DNA of 43,292 nt from an uncultured Chryseobacterium sp. (GCA_964559165.1 CAZLGY010000005.1:1-43292); one strand, 5' to 3'; shown: positions 29,230 through 38,709, counted from the stretch's first letter. Numbers and translations: made by a program. Notes: generated by a model from the letters alone, not told the origin.

Positions 29230-30147
29230 ATGACACTCCAACAGCTGCATTATCTCGTCGCCCTCGATGGGTTGCGCCATTTCGGGAAGGCAGCGGAGGC
29301 CTGCGGGGTGTCGCAACCCACGCTCACCGTTCAGCTGCGCAAGCTGGAGGAGGAACTGGAGGTGGAGCTGTTCGACCGGCGTGAACATCCGGTGGTGCCG
29401 ACCGCAGCGGGCAAACCCATCATTGATCAGGCGCGCGCTGTGCTGCGCGAGGCAGGCCAGGTACAAGCGATGGTCGATGATCTACACACCGGTCTTGGCG
29501 GGTCCCTGCGCATCGGCATCATCCCGACACTCGCCCCCTACCTGATACCGTTGTTCCTGCCGGGGTTCGCGGAGCGCCATCCGGCGATCCAACTGACCAT
29601 CGATGAGCGCAGGACAAGCAGGATACTGAAGGGGTTGAAGCGCGGCGACCTCGACGTGGGGATCCTGGTGACACCGGTGGACGCCGGGCAGTTCGAGGAG
29701 GTTGCGCTCTTCGGGGAGCGGTTCCTGGCCTACCTGCACCCCGGACACCCCCTATGGGAGCGCAGGTCGCTTAGCCGGGCTGATCTGCGCGACCGTCCGC
29801 TTTGGGTATTGAGCGAGGGCCACTGTTTCAGGGAGCAGACATTGAGCTTCTGCGACCGTCCGAGCGCCGGTGGGCACCCCAACGTGCTGTACGAGAGCGG
29901 CAGCATCGAAACCTTGAAGCATCTGGTGCGCAAGGGGAGCGGCATGACCTTGGTACCGGAGCTCAGCGTCGCGAACGATGATCCGCACGTGCGGCGGTTC
30001 AAGGCACCGGAACCCGTGCGCCAGGTGAGCCTGGTGGTGCGCAGGCCCTACGCCCGCAGACGCCTGTTGGAGGCGCTGGCGAAAAGCATTCGCGGCGCCG
30101 TCAAGCATACCGGACCACGGCGTGCGGAGGTGATCCCGCTGGACTGA
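29230..30147 (+). CDS. oxyR: LysR-family hydrogen-peroxide sensor/regulator OxyR
   Basis: HTH region MTLQQLHYLVALDGLRHFGKAAEACGVSQPTLTVQLRKLEEEL. The redox pair context LSEGHCFREQTLSFC matches the E. coli OxyR Cys199/Cys208 block (EDGHCLRDQAMGFC). Confidence 0.85.
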   Translation: MTLQQLHYLVALDGLRHFGKAAEACGVSQPTLTVQLRKLEEELEVELFDRREHPVVPTAAGKPIIDQARAVLREAGQVQAMVDDLHTGLGGSLRIGIIPTLAPYLIPLFLPGFAERHPAIQLTIDERRTSRILKGLKRGDLDVGILVTPVDAGQFEEVALFGERFLAYLHPGHPLWERRSLSRADLRDRPLWVLSEGHCFREQTLSFCDRPSAGGHPNVLYESGSIETLKHLVRKGSGMTLVPELSVANDDPHVRRFKAPEPVRQVSLVVRRPYARRRLLEALAKSIRGAVKHTGPRRAEVIPLD

Positions 30148-32406
30148 TCATTCCTCCTCACTGCCGTCGCCGGGGGCCATGTTCTCGATCTCACGCGAGC
30201 CATCGCCGGGATCTGTCACGTATTCCGCAGGCTCCACAACGGGAGGCAGGCCCGTGGCGAACGGAACAGCCACCGCTTGTGGCCCCACGTCTACGGCATC
30301 CAACACCAGTTCCATCCTGCCTGCAGGATGCCCGGTCCGAACGATGCGACCGGGCAACATTAGGCCGTGGTGATCCGTGTGATCGGAAAAGCGCGATACG
30401 ATGCGCACATTGCGACCGTCCATGTACTTCTCCTCCACCCGCTGCACCAGGAGGCCGCTCTCCGTATCGAACAGGTCGGCGATGGTGGTGCCATGCTGTG
30501 TCATGAACACCACCTTGAAGGCTTCCCGATCGCCCACCGGGGTGCGTCCTGCGAGCACCATCCGGTCCAACCGCCCTTCCAGGTCCGCTTCGGGTATGGG
30601 ATGGGCGAAAAAAACCAGCTCCTGCAGGTCCACATCGGAAAGTTCCTCCTGGCCTTGCTCCCCGCGACGAGCGGCACGGTCCCCGTCATGGATCACCTCC
30701 TCCACAGGGATATCGTTCACGATGCTCTCCGACCGGTACTTCCTGCCCGGAGCGAACCACTCGGTGTAACGCAGCGGCCTCCCTTTCAGGGTTCCGCTGG
30801 CGGTCCGTCGCAGGTGCGCAGCCTTGGCGATGGCCTCCCGGCCACCCACCGCCTTGATGTATGCAGCGATGACCTCCTCCGCTGTGCGGTCGTTGACCGG
30901 CGTGATGGGTTCCTCCCAGAGGGCACCATCCTCGTCAAGCCGCAGCACAGGCCTGGAACGATCCATGCTGATGGCACCAAGACCCTCCTCGAACTGTTCG
31001 AGGTCGCCCACCACGAGCACCACCGCTTGATCGGGATGCAGGAATGCCGCAGCAGCAGCCTGCACATCCTCCACCGTAACGGCGTCCAGCCGCTTCAGGT
31101 AGGTGGCGTAGTGGTTCTCCGGCAGTCCGTTCAAATAGGTGTTCAAGGCGAAACGGCCCACCGTGCGCGGGTCCTCAAGGCTGCGCCCGAAACTGCCGGC
31201 CATGAACCGCTTGGCCAGCTCCAGCTCCTCCGCAGTGACCGGTTCGTTCACCATGCGGTCCAGCTCCCGGATGATCTCGTACACCGCACTGTCCGTTACT
31301 GCCGTGCGCACGCTCACGCTGGCATGGAAATGCCCGTTGAACCGGTCCGCATCCAATGAGGAGTACGCACCATAGGTCCACCCCTTATCCTCGCGCAGGT
31401 TCTGCATCAGGCGGGCGTTGAAGACACCACCGCCCAGAATGGTGTTCATCACCTGGGCCGATAGCGCGCGGAGATCGCGTGGCTGCAGGTTCAGCGGGAA
31501 GCCGACCCGGATGACGGATTGCGCCGCACCCGGCCTGTCCACCACGTTCACCCGGCGTGTTCCCGAGGGAACAGCCACCTTGGGCATCATGCGCACCCGG
31601 CCCAGGCCCTCCATGTCCTCACTGCCATCCTCGTTCCTGATGGTGGCCGGTCGCGTGGGCTTCCACCCGGCGAAATACTGGTTGGCAAGGCCCTTGGCCT
31701 CCTTCGCCGTGATATCACCCACGAATACGAGGTAGGCCTGTTCAGGGCGGAAGAAGAGCTGGTAGTATCCCCTGATGTGCTTCACCGACACGTTGTCCAG
31801 CGTGCGCTCCGTGGTCACTTCGCCGTAAGGATGCGTGCGGCTGTAGATCACCGCACGGCCCACGACCTCGGCGATGGCGTCCGGATCCTCCCGCCGCTGC
31901 TGCAGACCGGAGCGGGTTCGGGTCATCACCTTCGCGAACTCACGCTCGGGGAAGGCCGGTGCGGTGACGATGTCCTTCACCAGGGGGAGGAGCGCTCCGA
32001 GGTTCTTCTTCAGGCAGCTGGCGTAGATGCCGTCGTTGGAGGTGGCCAGCGAGGCGCCCAGTTGATCCACCTGTTCATCGATCTGCGCCTTGCTCATGCG
32101 GTCCGTGCCAGCGGCGAGCAGCTCACCCACCAGGTCGACCATGCCAGCCTTTTCGCCCTGCACGATCGGCGGGATATCGAACCGCACCTGCACACTGACC
32201 ATGGGCAACTTGTGGTTCTCCACCACGATCACGCGCATGCCGTTCTTGAGGGTGAACGTTTGGTGCTCCCCGAGGTGCACCGTGGGTGCGGGGCCTGGAG
32301 CGGGCGGTCTGCTGCGGTTCAGCTGTGCGTTCATGGACAGGGATAGGAACAGGCTCAGGCCAACAAGCGTGACCCTGGAGGTGCGGGGGTGCCCGGCGCT
32401 GATCAT
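30148..32406 (-). CDS. M16 family peptidase, non-catalytic subunit type, with about 280-aa C-terminal extension
   Basis: It has a signal peptide and M16 fold, but no HxxEH at the equivalent position (GELLAAGT). Residues from about 470 to 752 are an extra domain ending in the acidic tail DPGDGSREIENMAPGDGSEEE. An ATGA overlap joins it to the upstream M16 gene. Confidence 0.8.
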   Translation of the reverse strand: MISAGHPRTSRVTLVGLSLFLSLSMNAQLNRSRPPAPGPAPTVHLGEHQTFTLKNGMRVIVVENHKLPMVSVQVRFDIPPIVQGEKAGMVDLVGELLAAGTDRMSKAQIDEQVDQLGASLATSNDGIYASCLKKNLGALLPLVKDIVTAPAFPEREFAKVMTRTRSGLQQRREDPDAIAEVVGRAVIYSRTHPYGEVTTERTLDNVSVKHIRGYYQLFFRPEQAYLVFVGDITAKEAKGLANQYFAGWKPTRPATIRNEDGSEDMEGLGRVRMMPKVAVPSGTRRVNVVDRPGAAQSVIRVGFPLNLQPRDLRALSAQVMNTILGGGVFNARLMQNLREDKGWTYGAYSSLDADRFNGHFHASVSVRTAVTDSAVYEIIRELDRMVNEPVTAEELELAKRFMAGSFGRSLEDPRTVGRFALNTYLNGLPENHYATYLKRLDAVTVEDVQAAAAAFLHPDQAVVLVVGDLEQFEEGLGAISMDRSRPVLRLDEDGALWEEPITPVNDRTAEEVIAAYIKAVGGREAIAKAAHLRRTASGTLKGRPLRYTEWFAPGRKYRSESIVNDIPVEEVIHDGDRAARRGEQGQEELSDVDLQELVFFAHPIPEADLEGRLDRMVLAGRTPVGDREAFKVVFMTQHGTTIADLFDTESGLLVQRVEEKYMDGRNVRIVSRFSDHTDHHGLMLPGRIVRTGHPAGRMELVLDAVDVGPQAVAVPFATGLPPVVEPAEYVTDPGDGSREIENMAPGDGSEEE

Positions 32407-33737
32407 GGCTGCGGTTTCTGGGATAGCGGCAGGTAGTGCAGGACCACCCGACGTTCGGGTGTGAAGTAGGTGGCAGCCGCCTGCTGCAGGTCCTGGGGGG
32501 TGAGCGCGAGGTAGCGGTCCAGTTCGCTGTTGATCTGAGCGGCACTGCCCAGCATGGTATGGGCCGTGGCAAGGTTGTTCGCCACACCCGCCACACGGCT
32601 GTTGTCCGCCACGTATTCGGTCTCCAATTGGGCCTTGAGCTTCTCGAACTCAAGCGGAGGTACGCCTTCACGCATGATGCGACCGACCTCGGCATCCATG
32701 GAACGCTCCAATTCCTGGGGCACCACGCCGGCGTTGGCGATGGCGAAATGGATCGCCAGTCCGGGATGCTCAAAGGGCAGGCTGAAGGCGCCCACGTAGA
32801 CCGCCTTCTGCTGTTCCTCCTTCAACGCCACATTGAGGCGTGACGAGTTGCCATTGGACAGCAGGCGGTTCAGCAGATCGACCGCGTAGAAGTCCCGGGT
32901 GCCGAGCGCGGGAGTGCGGTAGGCGGTGACCACCGCGGGAAGCTGGATGCGGTCGAAGATGACATCACGCACCTCGCCTGGCAGCGGTGGCTCCTCGATC
33001 ACCGGCTGTTTCACGTCGGCGCCGCGCGGAATGTCAGCGAAGTAGCGGCCCACCAGCTCCCTTGCCCGGGTCTGGTCGATATCACCGGCCACCACCAGCA
33101 CAGCATTGTTGGGCACGTAGAACTTCTTGTAGAACGCCTTGTAATCCGCCTCGGACGCTGCGTTGAGGTCCTCCATGAAGCCGATGGTGGGCCATTGGTA
33201 CGGATGCACGCTGTAGGCCCGTTTCAACACCTCGATGAGGATGCTGCCGTACGGCTGGTTCTCATAGCGCTGCCGCCGTTCCTCCTTCACCACCTCCCGC
33301 TGTGTATCCACCCCCTTCTGATCCACCTTGGCATGCAGCATGCGCTCGCTCTCCAGCCAGAGCCCCAACTCCAACTGCTCGCTCGGCAGCACTTCGTAGT
33401 AGTAGGTGCGATCGCCCGTGGTATTGGCGTTCAGCACACCGCCAGCCCGCTCCACATGACGGCTGAACTCCCCCCTGTCGATGTTGGCCGACCCCTCGAA
33501 CAGAAGGTGCTCGAAGAAGTGGGCGAAACCACGCCGGTCCCTGTCCTCGTTCTTGCTGCCCACATGGTACATCACACCGATGGCGACAATGGGGGTGCTG
33601 TGGTCCTCGTGCAGGATCACGTGCAACCCGTTCTCCAGGTCGAACTCAGAGAAGGCGATGGCGCGCGTCTGCGCAGCCGATGGTGTGGCGAGCATCATTG
33701 CCAGGGATAGGGTCTGGAGCTTCCTCATGCCGTGCAT
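32403..33737 (-). CDS. M16 family zinc peptidase, catalytic subunit type
   Basis: Signal peptide, HFFEHLLFEG (HxxEH) and a downstream Glu-rich region, 444 aa in total. It is translationally coupled to the following M16 gene. Confidence 0.85.
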   Translation of the reverse strand: MHGMRKLQTLSLAMMLATPSAAQTRAIAFSEFDLENGLHVILHEDHSTPIVAIGVMYHVGSKNEDRDRRGFAHFFEHLLFEGSANIDRGEFSRHVERAGGVLNANTTGDRTYYYEVLPSEQLELGLWLESERMLHAKVDQKGVDTQREVVKEERRQRYENQPYGSILIEVLKRAYSVHPYQWPTIGFMEDLNAASEADYKAFYKKFYVPNNAVLVVAGDIDQTRARELVGRYFADIPRGADVKQPVIEEPPLPGEVRDVIFDRIQLPAVVTAYRTPALGTRDFYAVDLLNRLLSNGNSSRLNVALKEEQQKAVYVGAFSLPFEHPGLAIHFAIANAGVVPQELERSMDAEVGRIMREGVPPLEFEKLKAQLETEYVADNSRVAGVANNLATAHTMLGSAAQINSELDRYLALTPQDLQQAAATYFTPERRVVLHYLPLSQKPQP

Positions 33738-33837
33738 GCTGTGGAGGTGCTTCCCGTTGTACAGGGCCCGCTAAAGTAGCGCGTGAGTGCAGCACCGCAC
33801 AAGCTGATGGTCACCGGCGGTGAACGACCTTTGGGCC

Positions 33838-34197
33838 ATGGTGGACGACAACCTCCGCATCGCGCACGCCTGGGTGGCCGCGTTCAATGCCCATGAACTG
33901 GACGATCTGCTGGCCCTCTACGCAGCCGATGCCTGTCATTTCAGCCCGAAATTACTGGCACAGCGTCCGGGAACACAGGGGATGATCCGGGGGCATGAGG
34001 CCCTGCGCGCATGGTGGCACGATGCCTTCCAACGGCTTCCCAGCCTGCAATACTACCCCATCGGTTACACGGCCGATGGGCAACGGGTCTTCATTGAATA
34101 CCTGCGCCATGTGGAGGGAGAGCCGGACCTGCGCGTGGGAGAGCTCCTTGAGGTGCGGGATGGCCTGATCCGTGCAAGCCGTGTCTTCCATGGCTGA
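33838..34197 (+). CDS. NTF2/SnoaL-like small protein
   Basis: The pattern AHAWVAAFNAHELDDLLALYAADACHF...DGQRVFIEY...VRDGLI is typical of SnoaL-like polyketide-cyclase-fold proteins. The start is ATG 33838 or GTG 33820. Confidence 0.65.
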   Translation: MVDDNLRIAHAWVAAFNAHELDDLLALYAADACHFSPKLLAQRPGTQGMIRGHEALRAWWHDAFQRLPSLQYYPIGYTADGQRVFIEYLRHVEGEPDLRVGELLEVRDGLIRASRVFHG

Positions 34198-34450
34198 CCA
34201 CCCCTACCTTGCGCACATGCACCGGCACACATTCACCCTGCGCGGCGAATTCGTGGAATTGAACCAGCTGTTGAAACTCGTGGGCATCTGCCTCAGCGGC
34301 GGCGAGGGCAAGCAACTTGTGGCCGAAGGGGGGGTATCCGTGGATGGATCGCAGGAGCTGCGCAGGACATGCAAGGTACGGGCAGGCCAGGTGGTGCGCT
34401 GGGAGGATCACGAGATCATCGTACAGGCACACAGTACCGAACACCCATGA
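34190..34450 (+). CDS. S4-domain RNA-binding protein (YbcJ-like)
   Basis: FVELNQLLKLVGICLSGGEGKQLVAEGGVSVDGSQELRRTCKVRAGQVV parallels E. coli YbcJ (VELCDLLKLEGWSESGAQAKIAIAEGQVKVDGAVETRKRCKIVAGQTV). It overlaps the upstream stop by 8 nt. Confidence 0.7.
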   Translation: MADHPYLAHMHRHTFTLRGEFVELNQLLKLVGICLSGGEGKQLVAEGGVSVDGSQELRRTCKVRAGQVVRWEDHEIIVQAHSTEHP

Positions 34451-34545
34451 CCGGGGCTGACTATGGATGCCTGACGAACATGCGGCGGTTCGCCGAACGT
34501 TAACTTTGTGTGAAGTGCGAGACGGAAGCCGCACATCTTTGCACC

Positions 34546-35307
34546 ATGCATGAAGCCCCCCCCCTGCTACTGGTCCACGGCTTTCCCTTGGACGCCGGCA
34601 TGTGGGCTCCACAGGTGGCTGGGCTTTCGGGCCTCACGGAAGTGATCGCGGAGGACCTGCGCGGGTTCGGGACCGACACACGTGAGCTGCCGGCGATCAT
34701 GCCCATGCGTTCACACGCAGCGGACATCAAGGAACGCATGGATGCGCGCGGCATCGGGAAGGTGGTGATGTGCGGCTTGAGCATGGGTGGCTATATCACC
34801 ATGGCCTTCGCAGAACGGTGGCCTGAACGCCTTGCAGGCATCATCCTGTGCAATACCCGGAGCAGCGCCGACGACGAGGACGGTGTTGCCGCCCGCCACG
34901 AGATGGCACGGAACGCACGTGAAAAGGGGATGGACGTGATCGCCCGCGGCATGGTGCCCAACCTGCTGGGGCCTGCCACCCGCAGCGAGCGTCCGGAGTT
35001 GGCAGGGCTGGTCACCAGCATCATCGCCCGACAACGACCGGAGACCGTGGCGGCCACCGCGCTGGGCATGGCTCAGCGGCCGGACCGGCTGGCCGTTCTG
35101 CAACGCCTGAAGGTGCCCGCGCTCATCATCACCGGCGAGCACGATACACTGATGCCGCTGCCCACCAGCCAGGCGATGGCCGATGCGATGCCCGGCGCGC
35201 GGCTGGTGGTGCTGCCAGGCGCGGGCCACCTGACCAACCTCGAAGTGCCCGAGCTCTTCAACCGTACGGTGCAGCTGTTCATGCAGGAGCATTTCAAGGG
35301 CTCCTGA
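34546..35307 (+). CDS. alpha/beta-fold hydrolase
   Basis: LLLVHGFPLD, nucleophile elbow GLSMGG, late Asp (GEHDTLMP) and His (GAGHLTNLE). The start is set at ATG 34546. Confidence 0.8.
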   Translation: MHEAPPLLLVHGFPLDAGMWAPQVAGLSGLTEVIAEDLRGFGTDTRELPAIMPMRSHAADIKERMDARGIGKVVMCGLSMGGYITMAFAERWPERLAGIILCNTRSSADDEDGVAARHEMARNAREKGMDVIARGMVPNLLGPATRSERPELAGLVTSIIARQRPETVAATALGMAQRPDRLAVLQRLKVPALIITGEHDTLMPLPTSQAMADAMPGARLVVLPGAGHLTNLEVPELFNRTVQLFMQEHFKGS

Positions 35308-35435
35308 GCAGGACCTGTCCGCGCTCGCCTACGTGGTATCTTTTGCGTTGCTGCGCCATATTAGCCCCGTGCTCTTCGCTCGATCAAACCCATTCACCGT
35401 TCCCTCGTCCAAGAGATGAACCACCCTCAACAACA

Positions 35436-36122
35436 ATGACCAAGCACATCCTCCTGATGACCTTTTGCATCGCCACAGGGTCCGCCGGCATGCACGCTCA
35501 ATCACCCGCCATGGAACGCGACCCGGGCAGGCAGGAACAGCGCCTGCAGGAGCGGGCGGGGGAACGCACCGCACAGTTGGTACGCGAGCTGGGCCTGAAC
35601 GACGAACAGGCGTTGAAGGTGGGGGTGATCAACAGCGAATTCGCGAAGGGAATGGCCGATGTGCGGAGCGCCGGCATGGAGGAGGCCGCACGCAAGGAGC
35701 GATCAAAGGCCCTGCATCAGCAGCGTTCCGCCGATCTGAAGGCCGTGCTGACGGAGGAACAATACGCTCACCTGAAGGAACTGAACGAGGCACGGCGCAA
35801 CGAGAAGCAGGAGAAGCAAGGAGGGCAGCGGGGAATACGGGGCCAGCAGCGCAGCGGAGAGCTGATGCAGCAATTGGGCCTCAACGATGAACAGGCCGGC
35901 AAAGTGCGTGCGATCAACGACACCTACACGAAACGAATGGACGAGCTGCGTGGCTCCGGCCTGGACGGGGAGGCTCACAAGGTGAAGGCCAAGGCGGTGC
36001 GCGCGCAACGGGACGCCGAGCTGCGCACCGTGCTCACGGATGACCAATACCGCAAGTTGTTGGAACTGCGCAAGGAACGACGAGAGTCCAAAGCCGCCCC
36101 TCGCGCCAGGGAAGTGAAATAG
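35436..36122 (+). CDS. secreted protein with duplicated LTXXQ (Spy/CpxP-like) module
   Basis: Signal peptide MTKHILLMTFCIATGSAGMHAQ, then two copies of LGLNDEQAxKVxxIN..(about 30 aa)..R.A.L..VLT(E/D)(E/D)QY..L.EL...RR. Confidence 0.7.
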   Translation: MTKHILLMTFCIATGSAGMHAQSPAMERDPGRQEQRLQERAGERTAQLVRELGLNDEQALKVGVINSEFAKGMADVRSAGMEEAARKERSKALHQQRSADLKAVLTEEQYAHLKELNEARRNEKQEKQGGQRGIRGQQRSGELMQQLGLNDEQAGKVRAINDTYTKRMDELRGSGLDGEAHKVKAKAVRAQRDAELRTVLTDDQYRKLLELRKERRESKAAPRAREVK

Positions 36123-36198
36123 GCATCACAGGCAGGCCTTTTTGCGCCCGTAGCGGAGCGGGGTGACGTTGATCCGGTGCTTTCATGCTGGTGGCCGC

Positions 36199-36206
36199 TA
36201 CATTTG
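36199..36206 (+). promoter_or_regulatory. -7 promoter box TAcaTTTG for kynA
   Basis: The plus strand reads TACATTTG, with 25 nt between the motif and ATG 36232. Confidence 0.4.
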
Positions 36207-36231
36207 GCCGCCCACCCGGGCCCTTGTATAC

Positions 36232-37242
36232 ATGAGCAACGTCTACTACCCGGAGTACCTCCAGCTGGACAAGATCCTGAACGCACAAGCACCCGAGAGC
36301 GACAAGCACGGCGTGAAGGCCCATGACGAGCTGCTTTTCATCGTGATCCACCAGGCCTACGAGCTGTGGTTCAAGCAAGTGCTGCACGAAGTGGGGAGCG
36401 TGATCGACATCTTCTCCGACCGCCACGTGGACGACAACAACGGGGAGCTCAATGTGGCCGTACACCGCCTCGAGCGTGTAAAGACCATCCTGGGCGTTCT
36501 GGTGCACCAGATGGACATCATGGAAACGATGACCCCCTTGGACTTCCTCGACTTCCGCGACCTGCTGCGGCCTGCGAGCGGGTTCCAGAGCATGCAGTTC
36601 AAGGTGCTTGAAGCGCGGCTGGGACTGCGCATGGAAAAGCGCTTCGGCCGGCAGTACTACACCAGCCAGCTGAAGCCCGGCGACAAGGCGGAGATCGAGG
36701 CGCTCGAGTCGCAGCCCACCTTGCTGGAACTGGTGAACGCATGGCTGGAGCGCATGCCCTTCCTGGAACGGTCCTATTGGCCGGGGGATGGCGGTGCTTT
36801 CTTCGACCAACTGGAGCGGTCCTACACGGCCGGCCTTGTGCAAGGTGAAGAAGGCAATGCCGCCTTGTGGCGGAAGATCTTCGTGGAGGGCGACCCCGAG
36901 CGCCGGTTGAGCCCGAAAGCGGCCCGCAGCGCGCTCTTCATCATGCTGTACCGCGACGAGCCCATTTTCCAGCAGGCCTTCCGCTTCCTGCAGGTGCTGC
37001 TCGACATCGACGAGGGCCTCGCCGCATGGCGCAACCGCCACATCAACATGGTGCACCGCATGATCGGCCTGCGCGTGGGCACGGGCGGAAGCACGGGCAA
37101 GGCCTACCTCAAGGGCGCCATGGACAGCCACTACATCTTCAGCGAGATCGCGGACCTCAGCAGCTTCCTCTTCGAGCGACGCAGGCTGCCCCCCCTCCCC
37201 CCCAGCCTCAAACAGGCCATCGGCTTTGCCGGCGGGAGCTGA
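36232..37242 (+). CDS. kynA: tryptophan 2,3-dioxygenase
   Basis: YPEYLQLDKILNAQ...HDELLFIVIHQAYELWFKQVLHE...FRDLL.PASGFQS.QF...HINMVHRMIG...GTGGSTG are hallmark TDO blocks. The start is set at ATG 36232. Confidence 0.9.
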   Translation: MSNVYYPEYLQLDKILNAQAPESDKHGVKAHDELLFIVIHQAYELWFKQVLHEVGSVIDIFSDRHVDDNNGELNVAVHRLERVKTILGVLVHQMDIMETMTPLDFLDFRDLLRPASGFQSMQFKVLEARLGLRMEKRFGRQYYTSQLKPGDKAEIEALESQPTLLELVNAWLERMPFLERSYWPGDGGAFFDQLERSYTAGLVQGEEGNAALWRKIFVEGDPERRLSPKAARSALFIMLYRDEPIFQQAFRFLQVLLDIDEGLAAWRNRHINMVHRMIGLRVGTGGSTGKAYLKGAMDSHYIFSEIADLSSFLFERRRLPPLPPSLKQAIGFAGGS

Positions 37243-37278
37243 CCCCGGCCGGACACGCGGACACCATCAACAGCGGTA

Positions 37279-38709
37279 TCAAAGGGTGATGGAGCGTCCC
37301 CGACGGGCGATCTCCACGCGCCTGAAACCCGCTCCGGACAAACGCTCGCGCATGCCTTCCAACGCATCGTCCACGCCATGGACAAGGAGCACGCGGTCCA
37401 CGCCTGCCGCCTGCTGGCAGGACAGGTAGCGAACCAGTTCATTGCGGTCGGCATGCGCACTGTAGAACTCCATGCGCAGGATGCGCGCACGCACCGGCAC
37501 CACGTCACCGAAGAGCGACACCTCCGTGGCCCCCTCCAACAAGCGTGCACCCAGTGTGCCGGGTGCGCAGAATCCCACGGTCAGCACGCCGTTGCGCCCG
37601 TCCGGCAGGCAGTTGCGCAGGTGGTGGCGCACGCGGCCCGCCTCCATCATGCCGCTGGCCGCCACGATGATGCAAGGGCCATGCTGCCCATTGAGCTGCT
37701 TGCTGCGGTCCGGTGAACGCACGAACTCGACCCCGGGGAAGGAGAACAGGTCCGGGTCGCGTTCCAGCTCCGCGCGCACGGCGGGGCGCAACAATGTGCT
37801 GTACTGCCGCGCAATGTCGGTGGCACTGATGGCGAGCGGACTGTCCACGAAGACCGGAATGCGCGGCAACCGGCCATCGTTGCTGAGGCTGTTCAGCGTG
37901 TAGAGGATCTCCTGGGTCTTGCCGATGCTGAAGGCCGGGATGATCAGCTTGCCCCTGTTCTGCACGCACACCTGCATCACATGGCGCAGGAGCTCGTCCT
38001 CCGCCTCTGCCACCGGGGCATGGTCACGGTCACCGTAGGTGCACTCGCAGAGGATCACATCGGCCTGCGGAAAGGGCTCCGGCTCGGGTAGCAGCCGTTC
38101 CACATAGCGGCCCACGTCACCGGTGAAGGAGAGGTTCAGCCGCCGCAGCCCATCATCGATGCGCAGATGGATGGCCGCACTGCCAAGGATGTGGCCGGCA
38201 TCGGTGAAATGAAGCTCCACGCCTGGCGCGATCGTACGATGCTCGCCATAGGCCAGTGTGCTGAACCGCTCCAGCGTGGGCGCCACATCGTCCTTGTCGT
38301 AGAGCGGCTCATCGAACTCGGGTTCCCGGCCGCGCTTGCGGGCGCGCTTCAGGTCGTACTGGTGATCGTACTCCTGGATATGCGCGCTGTCCGCCAGCAT
38401 GATCACGCATAGATCGCGGGTGGCAGCGGTGCTCCAGATGGGACCTTGGTAGCCCTCGTTCACCAGGCGGGGCAGCAAGCCGCTGTGGTCGATGTGTGCA
38501 TGGCTCAGCACCACCACGTCCACCTCCGTGGGATCGAAGCCGAAGGTGCGGTTGGGGTCGTGCCGCTCATCGCGCACCGCCTCCCCCTGGAACATGCCAC
38601 AATCCAGCAGGATCCGGCTGCTGCTGCCATCGGCGCGCTGCACCGTGAGCAGGTGCTTCGATCCGGTGACCGTTCCTGCGGCGCCGTGGCTGGTAAGGGT
38701 GACGGGCAT
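37279..38709 (-). CDS. MBL-fold beta-CASP family hydrolase (CPSF73/RNase-like)
   Basis: The metallo-beta-lactamase motif HAHIDHSG is followed by beta-CASP and C-terminal RNA-metabolising-MBL-like regions (..AFSIGKTQE.., ..YSAHAD..). The start is ATG 38709 or 38736. Confidence 0.85.
   Translation of the reverse strand: MPVTLTSHGAAGTVTGSKHLLTVQRADGSSSRILLDCGMFQGEAVRDERHDPNRTFGFDPTEVDVVVLSHAHIDHSGLLPRLVNEGYQGPIWSTAATRDLCVIMLADSAHIQEYDHQYDLKRARKRGREPEFDEPLYDKDDVAPTLERFSTLAYGEHRTIAPGVELHFTDAGHILGSAAIHLRIDDGLRRLNLSFTGDVGRYVERLLPEPEPFPQADVILCECTYGDRDHAPVAEAEDELLRHVMQVCVQNRGKLIIPAFSIGKTQEILYTLNSLSNDGRLPRIPVFVDSPLAISATDIARQYSTLLRPAVRAELERDPDLFSFPGVEFVRSPDRSKQLNGQHGPCIIVAASGMMEAGRVRHHLRNCLPDGRNGVLTVGFCAPGTLGARLLEGATEVSLFGDVVPVRARILRMEFYSAHADRNELVRYLSCQQAAGVDRVLLVHGVDDALEGMRERLSGAGFRRVEIARRGRSITL

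Noticed and set aside
34091-34612. 173-aa minus-strand ORF covering the S4-domain gene.
   Set aside because: It is antisense to two plus-strand genes with recognisable folds (SnoaL-like, YbcJ-like) and is Arg/Pro/Ala/His-rich low-complexity sequence.
36123-36150. T-run (aggcctttttg) after the LTXXQ gene as a possible terminator.
   Set aside because: The preceding AGGCCT is a loop-less palindrome and cannot form a stable stem-loop, so this is not a convincing terminator.
36034-37131. 365-aa ORF on the minus strand opposite kynA.
   Set aside because: It is antisense to an unmistakable tryptophan 2,3-dioxygenase and has no motifs of its own.
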